NCBI GenBank assembly: GCA_030141605.1
Contig: JAQGDQ010001410.1
Span: 1-42,148, forward strand
DNA: 42,148 nucleotides
Direction of reading: 5' to 3'
Origin: Tubiluchus corallicola
Taxonomy: Eukaryota; Animalia; Priapulida
The notes below the pieces were generated by a model. It did not search any database. It saw nothing but the letters and a program-made list of their open reading frames with translations, and was not told the origin of the DNA. Of this stretch, positions 11,033-24,152 are shown in pieces. Within the stretch, counting starts at the first letter, position 1. Every line of letters starts with the position of its first letter. A program made the translations under genes and the position numbers.

Positions 11033-12408
11033 TTAATTTCCTCTTGATTCTTCCACTTTTTTGTAAAGACTCTCGCCTACTAGCGTAGTGAGAGCAATGC
11101 TTAATCCAAGCACCAAAGCCAAGAATATAATCTCAAACTGTACTATAGTAATTGGCTGAGCATTCACAGTTTGAATGGGTAGATCCAGGCAACTATGTGC
11201 TGGTTCAAATAGTTTCTGCAATAGCTGCTCTACTGTCCCAGCCTGCAGTAACTTGGCTAATCCGTAATTTAACAGCCCCGCGTACTTGCTTCGTTTCGGA
11301 ATCACAACTGATAGAGGCAGTGGTGCAGAATAAATCGGGGCAGGCGAAAATCTGCAAGTCCCGTGTAACTTGGAATCTTGGACAATTTCTCTTATACCAT
11401 AATAATCAGTAACAAACAAAGTATATTTGCCCGAATAAGTTTTTCCTAGTGCTTCATCAAATGTATTGACAGGCACCGTACCATCAGCTTCCATTTTCTT
11501 CCACAATTTATGGTACTCTGATTCAGCTGGACTGTTCTTTAGCAACATTGTCGAGGAGAAATATCCTATTGTTACAGGTGTTACATCTCCGTCAATTAGC
11601 TCTTGCAGGGACGTGAACGGATACTGCCGTGTGCTTACAAACAGTTTGCTGACTAAAGTGCCGGTGTACAATGCCGTCATTATAATAGCGAAGATCCACC
11701 ACCATCCGATAAGCAGTCTTGTAGGTAAGTGGCGGGGTAAGTAGTTTCCGCCACGTTGGAGAAGTGAGCATAATGTGTACAGAATGAAGTATGACGTTAT
11801 TTCCTTGTTATCTGTTTCGATGGAACTATTGTCAGCACGAGTTTTTACTCTGTGACTATGAACAAATGTTAAAAGTAGGCCAGTCAGGATACTGTACTTT
11901 AACAGTAGAAGCCACACATTTCTTGGAAAGGGGGGTCCAACAAACTAAATCCTCGAAACTCCGGTCTTTTTATTATAAAGATACGGCGCATATAAACAAG
12001 TGGGTGAAGAAATGTCATGTATTTTGTTCTTTCTGGAAGCATGGTGAACAAATTGAAAAACATGTCAACATCTCCACTGTTGAGTACTTCCTGCGGATCC
12101 AGTAAGAATCTTGTTTCTTTTATGGAGTACGTGAAATTTAAGGTTTTACTGAGCAGCGGAAGCAATTTATCCACAAACGGACGTAAGTTGTCCACTTTCA
12201 TGCCTATTTGAAGCTGTTTTCCTTCTAACGAACAGCAATTTGGTTTGAAAATATTGTGGTAGCTTATTATTTCACTCTTCGTAACACTTCCTTGCCAGGA
12301 GTAATTTCCATTGACAGTTCTGATCTTTGCACACATGTCATTTGTTACACACAGAGCTACTAAAGTCAAAGCCATGAAAACGCAAAGCTTCAGATGCACG
12401 AAAAACAT
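11033..12408 (-). pseudogene. IR-like copy B: D-type/A-type chimera with a +2 frameshift
   Basis: Split into ORFs 11899-12408 and 11033-11917. G6 run at 11930-11935 vs G4 in copy A (8734-8737). First 70 aa identical to D, remainder nearly identical to A. Confidence 0.8.
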
Positions 12409-13285
12409 TCTGAAAGTGCCTTGCCAGACCTCTGATGCAGAACTGTATCACGTTTACTGATAAGCGACAACTGTTTACATCTAGTGGATCACTTACCTAT
12501 TTGCTTATCATTATCATACATTCTATATTTATCCACCTTGGCTTATGTTTCTGCAGCTGTTGACTAGATTGAAATGGCCTGAAATTGTGTAAACACAAGA
12601 ATGCACAAAGACTATGAACAATACAATCAGCATCCAGCAATCACAAGCAAAATGTGAACAATGAACTTTCGTGCTTTCTTTGCAAATAACTCACTTGCGC
12701 AAAATTTCCACTTTTATAAATGGCCAAGTAGAATTTCAAGTATAAGAAAATCGTAGCACTGTTTCCTCCTGTTTTTAAATTAAATGCAAACTTGGAAAAG
12801 TAGGCTGCTTTTGACCCTTTGTGTTCTTTCATCTGCCAAGACAATCCCTCGTCATATCTGTGCAGGTTAATGGCTGTCGGTTAGATCCTAACAGGTTTGG
12901 AGTTGTTCACTAGTATTTTTAAAACTTCTGCTTATTCTAGCATTACGATACGTGGCATGTACTTCAGTTGTTGAATTATTAACATTTTTATAAGGAGGAG
13001 GTCTAATCGAGAACCATATTTCTTATTTGAAGTTACCTAAGCTAAACTCTGTGTGTGGCATTACTCTCTTGTTTCTCTTACTCGTCTATAAAAGTGCTTT
13101 ATCCTTGAACGAACTCAGAACTGGTTAAAATTTAAATACTTATGATTATTTTACATTGTTGTGTTAGCAGAATAGTTAGCAATGTAAAAGATCTAAATTC
13201 ATTTTTTCTTAAAGCAGCGATGGTTTTTAACATACACAGTGTTTTTTAATTTTTCTTAGCTACTCATTAATTCCATTACTTTTAT

Positions 13286-14629
13286 TTAGAGACATTCACC
13301 TACAAATACAACTAAACCAATGCTTAGTCCAAACAGCAGAGCCCAGAATACAACGTCAAGGTGCTGTGTGTTGACTGGCTGTGCATTCGCAGTCTGAGTA
13401 ACCGGATCAAGGCAATCATATGCTGGTTCTGAAAGCTTCTGTAAGAACTGCTCAACTATGCCAGCCTGTAATAAACTGGCCAATCCGTAATTTAACTGTT
13501 CTGCATATTTGCCCTTTTTCGGAATGACAAATGCGGTGGGTAGAGGCGTAGAATAAATCGGAGCAAATGAAAACCTGCATGTCCCGTGTAACTTGTAATC
13601 TTCAGTGATTTTAAATTTTGCCCAAAAATCAGCAACGAACAAAGTGTATTTCCCAGAAAAAGTTTTTTCTAGTACTTCGACATATGTACTGACAGGTACT
13701 GTTCCATCAGCTTCCATTTTCTTCCACAGTTTTCCATAATCTGAATCATGCGGACTATTCCTTAACATTATTGTTGAGGATAAGTTTTTGAGGGTTACAG
13801 GTGTTACGTCTCCATCAATTAGCTCTTGCAATGAAGTAAACGGATATTGCCATTTGCTTACAAACAATTTGCTGACTAAAGTGCCAGTGTACAATGCTGT
13901 CATTATAAGAGCAAAAATCCACCACCATCCGATGAACACCCTTGCAGGTAAATGGCAGGGTACATAGTTTCCACCTTGTTGGAGAAGTGAGGATAATGTA
14001 TACAAAATGAAATAATCAGCTCTTTTCTCATTACCTGTCTTGATGCCATCATTCTCTCTTCGTGTTTCTGTTTTCTGCCAACAGACACAAGTTAAAAATA
14101 TCCCACTCAATATGACATATGTTAGCACAAGCAGCCATACATTTCTGGGAAAAGGGTCCAACAAGCTAAATCCCTGAAAGTCGGGTGTCTTTATTATAAA
14201 GATACGGCGTAAATAGATAATTGGGTGAAGAAATGTCATGTATTTTGCTCTTTCTGGAAGCATGGTGAACAAGCCGAAAAGCACGTCAATGTTTTCATTG
14301 CTGAGTACCATATTAGGATCACGTAAATATCCAACTTCTTTGATGGAATATGTGAAATTTAAAGTTTCACTGAGCAGCAGAAGCAATTTCTCTAGAAACG
14401 GGCGTGATTTGTCCATTGCCATGCCTATTTGAAGCTGTTTTCCTTCTAACGAACAGCAGTTTGGTTGGAAAATATTGTGGTAGCTTATTATTTCATTCTT
14501 TGTGATGCTTCCTTGCCAGGAGTAATTTCCATTGACAGTTCTGATCTTTGCACACGTGTCTTTTGTTGCACACAGAGCTACTAAAGTCAAAGCCATGAAA
14601 ACGCAAAGCTTGAGACGCACGAAAAACAT
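13286..14629 (-). CDS. IR-like copy C (~447 aa; tail shortened 10 aa by TAC>TAA)
   Basis: Same domain layout as A. The ancestral stop is still visible at 13256-13258. Confidence 0.88.
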   Translation of the reverse strand: MFFVRLKLCVFMALTLVALCATKDTCAKIRTVNGNYSWQGSITKNEIISYHNIFQPNCCSLEGKQLQIGMAMDKSRPFLEKLLLLLSETLNFTYSIKEVGYLRDPNMVLSNENIDVLFGLFTMLPERAKYMTFLHPIIYLRRIFIIKTPDFQGFSLLDPFPRNVWLLVLTYVILSGIFLTCVCWQKTETRRENDGIKTGNEKRADYFILYTLSSLLQQGGNYVPCHLPARVFIGWWWIFALIMTALYTGTLVSKLFVSKWQYPFTSLQELIDGDVTPVTLKNLSSTIMLRNSPHDSDYGKLWKKMEADGTVPVSTYVEVLEKTFSGKYTLFVADFWAKFKITEDYKLHGTCRFSFAPIYSTPLPTAFVIPKKGKYAEQLNYGLASLLQAGIVEQFLQKLSEPAYDCLDPVTQTANAQPVNTQHLDVVFWALLFGLSIGLVVFVGECL

Positions 14630-15350
14630 TTTGAAAGTGCCTTGCCAGACCTCTGATGAAAAACTGTGCACATTTACTGATAAGTGACAACTGTTTACAT
14701 CTAGTGGATCCCTTAGCTATTTACTGATCAATATCAACTATACAAGTAATGGTTGAGTGACTTCGGCGATAATGGTAGTGCTTTTCTGCTTTACTTATTT
14801 TTGCAAACATTCTTTATTTATCCACCTTGTTTATGTTATGCAGCCGTTGACTAGATTGAAATGGCCCGAAATTGTGTAAGCACGACAGCGCACAAAGACT
14901 ATGAACAATACAATCAGCATCCAGGTTTTGTGGTAATTGCAAGAGTTTACTTGGTTTTGTGCTAATTACGAGAGTTTACTCTATCAGGCATCATCTAACA
15001 AGTAAAATGTAAAATGTGAACAACAAACTTTCATACTTTCTTTGCAAATAACTCACTTGCGCAAAATTTCCACTTTTATAAATGGCCAAGTAGAATTTCA
15101 AGTATAAGAGAATCGTAGAACTGTTTCCTCCTGTTTTAAATTAACTGCAAACTTGGAAAAGTAGGCTGCTTTTGACCCTTTGTGTTCTTTCATCTGCCAA
15201 GACAATCCCTCGTCATATCTGTGCAGGTTAATGGCTGTCGGTTAGATCCTAACAGGTTTGCAGTTGTTCACTAGTATTTTTAAAACTTCTGCTTATTCTA
15301 GCATTACGATACGTGCATGTACTTCAGTTGTTGAATTATTAACTTTTTTA

Positions 15351-18300
15351 CTAGCAAAAGCCTCGCAAAAAATTTTACGCATAAGTACACGTGCAATCAA
15401 AAATACGTGAAAAACATCCTACGTAGTCTTCATTTATAATGCAAAGCCCTTAGTCGCAGCTTTTACTGAATTAAAGTTATAAAATTATAGACAGAGTATA
15501 ATGGATGACGTCACAACAATGGCTTTGCAACAGCAGTTTTCTAAGCGAAAATTGCCGAAAATAGTACACGTAATTAACGCCTCGCTACTCCTCTCAGTGG
15601 ACGTGTCCTAAAATATAGCCCACATCATCGTGTAGCCCTGTTCTTCCTCTTTCTAAAGAGCTATATATCTTTTTCCGAGAGTCCCACCAGGCGCCGCCAG
15701 AACGTTTTTTCTGCAGGCTGTTTGACCAAAATTTCGAAAAAATCGCGAGTTGGGTCCGGGAAAACGCCCGTTACGGGACGCGGTGGCCCTCTCGCGAATT
15801 CTAAATATGCCTACTACACCCAACGCTGAACGGGCTATCTATAAATAGCCAGCACCACTCATGACCCGTTCCCGTTCTCCAGATCTCAGGCGTATAACTT
15901 TTGCAAAAAAAGGTCCAAAAAATGGCAATTTTTGGAGGTTTTTCGCCCCCATTCCTCACGGTGGGCCCGATTCAAAAATAAACCCCCAATGGCACGACAC
16001 TAGATCGAGACCTTTCGTTTGATGTATAGATCGCCGCAAATGGTGCTGCCGTCGGAGCTGTAGCCTCGAATCTTATATATATATAAATATATATACCAAG
16101 AATATTAATATATAGACTAGCAAAGGCCCCGCAAAAGATTTTGCGTATAAATACACGTATAATAAATAACACGCGAACATCCTACCAAGACCTCATTTAT
16201 AACACAAAACCCGTAACATCCTGCCTACTTACCTAACGCAAAGCCTGTAGCCCGTAACATCCTGCCTACTGTATGTCTGTTTATCTAACGCAAAGCCAGC
16301 AGAGTACAATGGATGACGTCAGCACAATGGAATGCGGTCAACACGGTTTTCTAAGCGAAAAATGTCGAAATTTGCGGAAAATAAAACACGTAATTAACTC
16401 GTTGATACTCCTCTCGGTGGACCTGCCCTAACATATAGCCCACATGATCGTGTAGCCCTGTCCTTCCTCTTTGTAAAGAACCCCATATCTCCTTCCTAGA
16501 GTCCCACCGGGCGACGCTAGAACGTTTTTCCCGCATGCTGTTTGGTCAAAATTTCGAAAAAATCGCGAGTTGGGTCCGGGAAAACGCCCGTTGCGGGGCT
16601 CCGTGGTCCTCTCGCGAATTCTATATATGCCTACTACACCCACCGCTGAACGGGCTATCTATCCATACCCAGCACCCCCCTCGGCACGTTCCCGTTCTCT
16701 ACATCTCAGCCGTATAACTTTTGCAATTTTTTGCAAAAAACGGTCGAAAAAAGGGGCATTTTTGGAGGTTTTTCGCCCCCTCTTCCTCGCGGTGGGCCCG
16801 ATTCGAAAAATAAACCATCAATGAGACGACACTAGATCGAGACCTTTCGTTTGATGTATAGATCGCCGCAAATGGTGCCCTCGTCCGGGCTGTAGCCTCG
16901 AATCTTATATATATATTAAGATACCAAGAATATTAATATAAGAGACTAGCAAATGCCCCTCAAAAAATTTTGGGTAAAAAACCACGTATAATCAATAATA
17001 CGCGAACATTCTACCTAGTCCTCATTTATAACACAAAGCCCGTAACATCCTGCCTACTGTATGTTTAACTAATGCAAAGCCTGTAGCAGCTTTTTGCTGA
17101 ATTAAACTTATAGACAGAGTACAATGGATGACATCACTACAATGGCATGCGTCAGCAGTTTTCTAAGCAAAAATTGCCGAAAATAGAACATGTAATTAAC
17201 TCGTCGGTACTCCTCTCGGTGGACCTGTCCTAACATATAGCCCACATCATCGTGTAGCCCTGTTCTTCCTTTTTCTGATGAGCCGTATATCTCCTTCCGA
17301 GAGTCCCACCAGGCGCCGTTAGAACGTTTTTTCCGCATGCTGTTTGATCAAAATTTCGAAAAAATCGCGAGTTCGGTCCGGAAAAACGCCCGTTGCGGGG
17401 CGCCGTGGTCCTCTCGCGAATTCTAAATATGCCTACTACACCCACTGCTGAACGGGCTATCTATCCATACCCAGCACCACCCTCGGCCCATTCTCGTTCT
17501 CTACATCTCAGCCGTAAAACTTTTGCAAAAAACTGCCGAAAAATGGCCATTTTTGGAGGTTTTTCGCCCCCACCCCCCTTCCTCCCGGTGGGCCCGATTC
17601 GAAAAATAAACCATCAATGGCACGACACTAGATCGAGACCTTTCGTTTGATGTATAGATCACCGCAAATGGTGCCGTCGTCCAGGCTGTAGCCTCGAATC
17701 TTATATATATATATAAATTAAGCCCATACCAAGAATATTAATATATAGACTAGCAAAGGCCACGCAAAAGATTTTGCGTATAAATACACGTGTAATCAAT
17801 AATACGCGAACATCCTGCCTACCTACCTAACGCAAAGCCTGTAGCAGCTTTTTGCTGAATTAAAACTATAAGATTATAGGCAGAGTACAATGGATGACGT
17901 CAGAACAACGGCTTTGCGTCACCAGTTTTCTAAGCGAAAATTGCCGAAAATAGAACATGTAATTAACTCGCCAGTACTCCTCTCGGTGGACCTGCCCTAA
18001 AATATAGCCCACATCATCGTGTAGCCCCGTTCTTCGTCTTTCTAAAGAGCTATATATCTCCTTCCGAGAGTCCCACCAGGCGCCGCTAGAACGTTTTTTC
18101 TGCAGGCTGTTTGACCAAAATTTCGAAAAAATCGCGAGTTGGGTCCGGGAAAACGCCCGTTACGGGATGCGGTGGCCTTCTCGCGAATTCTAAATATGCC
18201 TACTACACCCACCGCTGAACGGGCTATCTACAAATAGCCAGCACCACTCATGACCCATTCCCGTTCTCCAGATCTCCGGTGTATAAGTTTTGCAAAGAAA

Positions 18301-18487
18301 GGGCCGAAAAATGGCAATTTTTGGAGGTTTTTCGTCCCCCCTTCCTCTCGGTGGGCCCGATTCGAAAAATAAACCATCAATGAGACGACACTAGATCGAG
18401 GCCTTTCGTTTGATATATAGATCGCCGCAAATGGTGCCGTCGTTCAAGCTGTAGCCTCGAATCTTCCAAGAATATTAATATAATAGA
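15351..18487 (-). mobile_element. Four head-to-tail non-autonomous Helitron copies (15351-16116, 16117-16945, 16946-17749, 17750-18487)
   Basis: Each copy reads 5'-TC...hairpin...CTAG-3' on minus. Inserted between A and T with no TSD. Paralogous empty sites ttttta|taaggagg at 12990/1, 21644/5 and 36034/5. Confidence 0.88.
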
Positions 18488-19643
18488 TAAGGAGGAGGTC
18501 TAATGGAGAACCATATTTCTTATTTGAAGTTGCCTAAGCTATTCTCTCTGTGGCATTACTCTCTTGTTTCTCTTACTCTTCTATAAAAGTGCTTTATCCT
18601 TGAACTCTGAACTAGTCAAAAATTAAAAACTTATAGTTATTTTACAATGTTGTAATAGCACAATGTTTAGTTTAGCTCTTATTTTGCATACACTAGTAAA
18701 AGGCTTTAACTAAATTAGATATTGACAACAAATACATATATTTCTTTAGGTACTAACGCAATTTTTATTGTAATTTTACCATATATATAATTATTAAACA
18801 TGTCTCACAACAAGCTGCTAACAATGTCACTCGATTAACTAAATAAATATTAATGTCGTAAAAATAGGGATGGTGGCTAGGTGACCCTTGTTCTTTCGCC
18901 ACTCCGTCTCAATTTAGTGTTTATCATATTAAAGAAACATCGTATGTTATTATATGTGTAAATTTAAATGAGATGAATAAAATTTAATCTAATCCAATCT
19001 AATCTAATCATAATAATTAACAATGTGAAAGATCTAATTTACATTTTTTTCTTAAAGGAAAGCAGGACGATTGTATAAACATTCACAGAATAAAGTATTG
19101 TCTAAAATATAGAAATACTTACAATACCTTTTTTTAAATCAAAGCTTAGATTAAATAATAATTAACTTAGATACTCAAACTTTGTTGAACTTTCAAAGCT
19201 ACGTGGGGTACAGTGTGTCCACTAAGATTGGCAACGTTTTTGTCATGTGAGCGTGGCCGACAAATAGAAGGTGGTACCGTGATAACCATGATCATGAACT
19301 GCAGTGCTAGCTTCTGGCGTCGTATGATGTAGAGCTCATCTTTTGTGACATCATGCGTTTAAGCGGTAACACTTACGCAAACATGCTTGACGCACAAGGA
19401 AAGATGCCTACCATTGCACAAACTGTGGTTAGATTCTAACATAAGCAATAGCTGTGTTTGGTTGCCGTTAATTACCTTTGTAAGCTAATTATTCAAATAT
19501 AAGAAACAATTGCTAACTTTTATAGGCAAGAAAATGTATTCTTTGGACAGTAAATTAAAATGAGATTGAATCTAAACAATCAACCGGTTTTCCTTTAAAG
19601 CACCAAGAGTTTTTAACATGCACAGTGTTTTTTGAATTTTTTC

Positions 19644-21017
19644 TTAGCTACTCATTAATCGCATTACTTTTATGTAGAGACATTCACCTACAAATACAAC
19701 TAAACCAATGCTTAGTCCAAGCAGCAAAACCCAGAATACTACATTAATGTGGTCTATGTTGACTGGTTGAGCATTCACAATTTGACCAACTGGATCAAGA
19801 CAATCATGGGTTTGTTCTGAATGCTTCTGTAAGAGCTGCTCTGCTATCCCAGTCTCCAATAAAGTGGCCAGTCCGTAGTTTAACTGTTCTGCATATTTGC
19901 CCCCTTTCGGAATGACTGCTGATGCAGGTACGGGCATAGAAGAAACTGGAGCAAGGGAAAACCTGCAAGTCCCGTGTAACTTGTAATCTTCAATGATTGG
20001 AAATTTTGCCCAAAAATCTGTTTCCAGCATAGTATATTTGCCCGAAACAGTTTTTTCTAGTCCTTCGACATTTGTACTGACAGGTACTGTTCCATCAGCT
20101 TCCATTTTCTTCCACAGTTTCCCGTACTCTGTATCAGCAGGGCTATTCTTTAGTAATATTGTCGTGGAGAAGTTGCCTATTGTTACAGGCGTTATGTCTC
20201 CATCAATTAGCTCTTGCAATGAAGTAAACGGATGCTGCCATTTGCTTACAAACAAATTGCTAACTAAAGTGCCAGTGTACAGTGCCGTCATTACAAGCGC
20301 AAAAATCCACCACCATCCGATGAACACTCTTGCAGATAAACGGCAGGGTATGTAGTTTCCACCTTGTTGAAGAAGTGAGGACAATGTGTACAAAATGAAA
20401 TAATCAGCTCTTTTCTCATTACTTGTCTCGATGCCATCATTCTCTCTTCGTGTTTCTGTTTTCTGCCAACAGACACAAGTTAAAAATATCCCACTCAATA
20501 TGACATATGTTAGCACAAGCAACCATACATTTCTGGGAAAAGGGTCCAACAAACTAAATCCTTGAAAGTCGGGACTCTTTATTATAAAGATACGGCGTAA
20601 ATAGATAATTGGGTGAAGAAATGTCATGTATTTTGCTCTTTCTGGAAGCATGGTGAACAAGCCTAAACATACATCAACTTCTCTACCATTGAGTACTTCA
20701 TCCCAGCCCTGTAAATCTGTAACTTCTTTGATAGAATATGTGAAATTTAGACTTTTACTGAGCATCAGAAGCAATTTCTCTAGAAACGGACGTGATTTGT
20801 CCATTGCCATGCCTATTTGAAGCTGTTTTCCTTCTAACGAACAGCAATTTGGTTTGAAAATATTGTGGTAGCTTATTATTTCACTCTTCGTAACACTTCC
20901 TTGCCAGGAGTAATTTCCATTGACAGTTCTGATCTTTGCACACATGTCATTTGTTACACACAGAGCTACTAAAGTCAAAGCCATGAAAACGCAAAGCTTG
21001 AGATGCACGAAAAACAT
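19644..21017 (-). CDS. IR-like copy D (457 aa)
   Basis: Intact single-exon ORF with S1-M1-P-M3-S2-M4 layout. Protein identical to D'. Confidence 0.92.
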   Translation of the reverse strand: MFFVHLKLCVFMALTLVALCVTNDMCAKIRTVNGNYSWQGSVTKSEIISYHNIFKPNCCSLEGKQLQIGMAMDKSRPFLEKLLLMLSKSLNFTYSIKEVTDLQGWDEVLNGREVDVCLGLFTMLPERAKYMTFLHPIIYLRRIFIIKSPDFQGFSLLDPFPRNVWLLVLTYVILSGIFLTCVCWQKTETRRENDGIETSNEKRADYFILYTLSSLLQQGGNYIPCRLSARVFIGWWWIFALVMTALYTGTLVSNLFVSKWQHPFTSLQELIDGDITPVTIGNFSTTILLKNSPADTEYGKLWKKMEADGTVPVSTNVEGLEKTVSGKYTMLETDFWAKFPIIEDYKLHGTCRFSLAPVSSMPVPASAVIPKGGKYAEQLNYGLATLLETGIAEQLLQKHSEQTHDCLDPVGQIVNAQPVNIDHINVVFWVLLLGLSIGLVVFVGECLYIKVMRLMSS

Positions 21018-22778
21018 TCTGAAAGTGCCTTGCCAGACCTCTGATGCAAAACTGTATCACGTTTACTGATAAGCGACAACTGTTTACATCTAGTGAATCA
21101 CCTACCTATTTGCTTATCATTATCATACATTCTATATTTATCCACCTTGGCTTATGTTTGTGCAGCTGTTGACTAGATTGAAATGGCCTGAAATTGTCTA
21201 AACACAAGAACGCAAAAGACTATGAACAATACAATCAGCATCCAGGTTTTGTGGTAATTACGAGAGTTTACTCTTTCAGGCATCATCTAACAAGTAAAAT
21301 GTGAAATGTGAACAACAAACTTTCATACTTTCTTTGCAAATAACTCACTTGCACAAAATTTCCACTTTTATAAATGGCCAAGGTAGAATTACAAGTATAA
21401 GAGAATCGTAGAACTGTTTCCTCCTGTTTTTAGATTAACTGCAAACTTGGAAAAGTAGGCTTCTTTTGACCCTTTGTGTTCTTTCATCTGTTAAGACAAT
21501 CCCTCGTCATATCTGTGCAGGTTAATGGCTGTCGGTTAGATCCTAACAGGTTTGCAGTAGTTCACTAGTATTTTTAAAACTTCTGCTTATTCTAGCATTA
21601 CGATACGTGCACGTACTTCAGTTGTTGAATTATTAACATTTTTATAAGGAGGAGGTCTAATCGAGAACCATATTTCTTATTTGAAGTTACCCAAGCTAAA
21701 CTCTCTGTTGCATTACTCTCTTGTTTCTCTTACTCTTCTATAAAAGTTTTTTATACTTGAACTCTGAACTAGTCAAAAATTAAAAACTTATAATTATTTT
21801 ACAATGTTTAGTTTAGCTCTTATTTTGCATTCACTAGCAAAAGGCTTTAACTAAATTAGATGTTGACAACAAATACATATATTTCTTTAGGTACTAACGC
21901 AATTTTTATTGTAAATTTATCGTATATATAATTATTAAACATGTCTCGCAACAAGCTGCTAACAATGTCACTCGATTAACTAAATAAATATTAATGTCGT
22001 AAAAATAGGGATGGTGGCTAGGTGACCCTTGTTCTTTCGCCACTCCGTCTCAATTTAGTGTTTATCATATTAAAGAAACATCGTATGTTATTATATGTGT
22101 AAATTTAAATGAGATGAATAAAATTTAATCTAATCCAATCTAATCTAATCATAATAATTAACAATGTGAAAGATCTAATTTACATTTTTTTTCTTAAAGG
22201 AAAGCAGGACGATTGTATAAACATTCACAGAATAAAGTATTGTCTAAAATATAGAAATACTTACAATACCTTTTTTTAAATCAAAGCTTAGATTAAATAA
22301 TAATTAACTTAGATACTCAAACTTTGTTGAACTTTCAAAGCTACGTGGGGTACAGTGTGTCCACTAAGATTGGCAACGTTTTTGTCATGTGAGCGTGGCC
22401 GACAAATAGAAGGTGGTACCGTGATAACCATGATCATGAACTGCAGTGTTAGCTTCTGGCGTCGTATGATGTAGAGCCCATTTTCGTAAAATCATGCGTT
22501 TAAGCAGTAACACGTAAACATGCTTGACGCACAAGGGAAGATGCCTACCATTGCACAAACTGTGGTTACTTTCTGATGTAAGCAATAGCTGTGTTTGGTT
22601 GCCATTAACTAACTTTCTAAGCTAATTATTCAAATATAAGGAACAGTTTTAACTTTTATAGGCAGGAAAATGTATTCTTTGGACAGTAAATTAAAATGAG
22701 ATTGAGTCTAAACAATCGTCCGGTTTTCCTTTAAAGCACCAAGAGTTTTAACATGCACAGTGTTTTTCGAATTTTTTC

Positions 22779-24152
22779 TTAGCTACTCATTAATCGCATT
22801 ACTTTTATGTAGTGACATTCACATACAAATACAACTAAACCAATGCTTAGTCCAAGCAGCAGAACCCAGAAAACAACGTCAAGGTGCTCTATGTTGACTG
22901 GCCGTGCATTCGCAGTTTGAGTAACCGGATCAAGGCAGTCATTTGCTGGTTCTGAAAGCTTCTGTAAGAACCGCTCAACTATGCCAGCCTGTAATAAAGC
23001 GGCCAATCCGTAATTTAACTGTTCTGCATATTTGCCCTTTTTCGGAATGACAAATGCGGTGGGTAGAGGCGTAGAATAAATCGGAGCAAATGAAAACCTG
23101 CATGTCCCGTGTAACTGGTAATCTTCAGTGATTTGAAATTTTGCCCAAAAATCAGCAATGAACAAAGTGTATTTCCCAGATAAAGTTTTTTCTAGTACTT
23201 CGACATTTGTACTGACAGGTCCTGTTCCATCAGCTTCCATTTTGTTCCACAGTTTTCCATAATCTGAATCATGCGGACTATTCCTTAACATTATTGTTGA
23301 GGATAAGTTTTTGAGGGTTACAGGTGTTACGTCTCCATCAATTAGCTCTTGCAGCGACGTGAACGGATATTGTCGTTTGCTTACAAACAATTTGCTAACT
23401 AAGGTGCCAGTGTACAATGCCGTCATTATAAGAGCAAAAATCCACCACCATCCGATGAACACCCTTGCAGATAAACGGCAGGGTATGTAGTTTCCACCTT
23501 GTTGAAGAAGTGAGGACAATGTATACAAAATGAAATAATCAGCTCTTTTCTCATTACTTGTCTCGATGCCATCATTCTCTCTTCGTGTTTCTCTTTTCTG
23601 CCAACAGACACAAGTTAAAAATATCCCACTCAATATGACATATGTTAGCACAAGCAGCCATACATTTCTGGGAAAAGGGTCCAACAAGCTAAATCCCTGA
23701 AAGTCGGGTGTCTTTATTAAAAAGATACGGCGTAAATAGACAAGTGGGTGAAGAAATGTCATGTATTTTGCTCTTTCTGGAAGCATGGTGAACAAGCCGA
23801 AAAGCACGTCAATGTTTTCATTGCTGAGTACCATATTAGGATCACGTAAATATCCAACTTCTTTGATGGAATATGTGAAATTTAAAGTTTCACTGAGCAG
23901 CAGAAGCAATTTCTCTAGAAACGGGCGTGATTTGTCCATTGCCATGCCTATTTGAAGCTGTTTTCCTTCTAACGAACAGCAATTTGGTTGGAAAATATTG
24001 TGGTAGCTTATTATTTCATTCTTTGTGATGCTTCCTTGCCAGGAGTAATTTCCATTGACAGTTCTGATCTTTGCACACATGTCTTTTGTTGCACACAGAG
24101 CTACTAAAGTCAAAGCCATGAAAACGCAAAGCTTGAGATGCACGAAAAACAT
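22779..24152 (-). CDS. IR-like copy E (457 aa)
   Basis: Intact ORF from the ATG at 24152. Tandem spacing from D is 3135 bp. Confidence 0.92.
   Translation of the reverse strand: MFFVHLKLCVFMALTLVALCATKDMCAKIRTVNGNYSWQGSITKNEIISYHNIFQPNCCSLEGKQLQIGMAMDKSRPFLEKLLLLLSETLNFTYSIKEVGYLRDPNMVLSNENIDVLFGLFTMLPERAKYMTFLHPLVYLRRIFLIKTPDFQGFSLLDPFPRNVWLLVLTYVILSGIFLTCVCWQKRETRRENDGIETSNEKRADYFILYTLSSLLQQGGNYIPCRLSARVFIGWWWIFALIMTALYTGTLVSKLFVSKRQYPFTSLQELIDGDVTPVTLKNLSSTIMLRNSPHDSDYGKLWNKMEADGTGPVSTNVEVLEKTLSGKYTLFIADFWAKFQITEDYQLHGTCRFSFAPIYSTPLPTAFVIPKKGKYAEQLNYGLAALLQAGIVERFLQKLSEPANDCLDPVTQTANARPVNIEHLDVVFWVLLLGLSIGLVVFVCECHYIKVMRLMSS

Noticed and set aside
15972-17650. Short ORFs in the GC-rich tandem units (also 39307-39561)
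   Set aside because: No Rep/helicase motifs and frames not conserved among copies; these are non-autonomous Helitron sequence.
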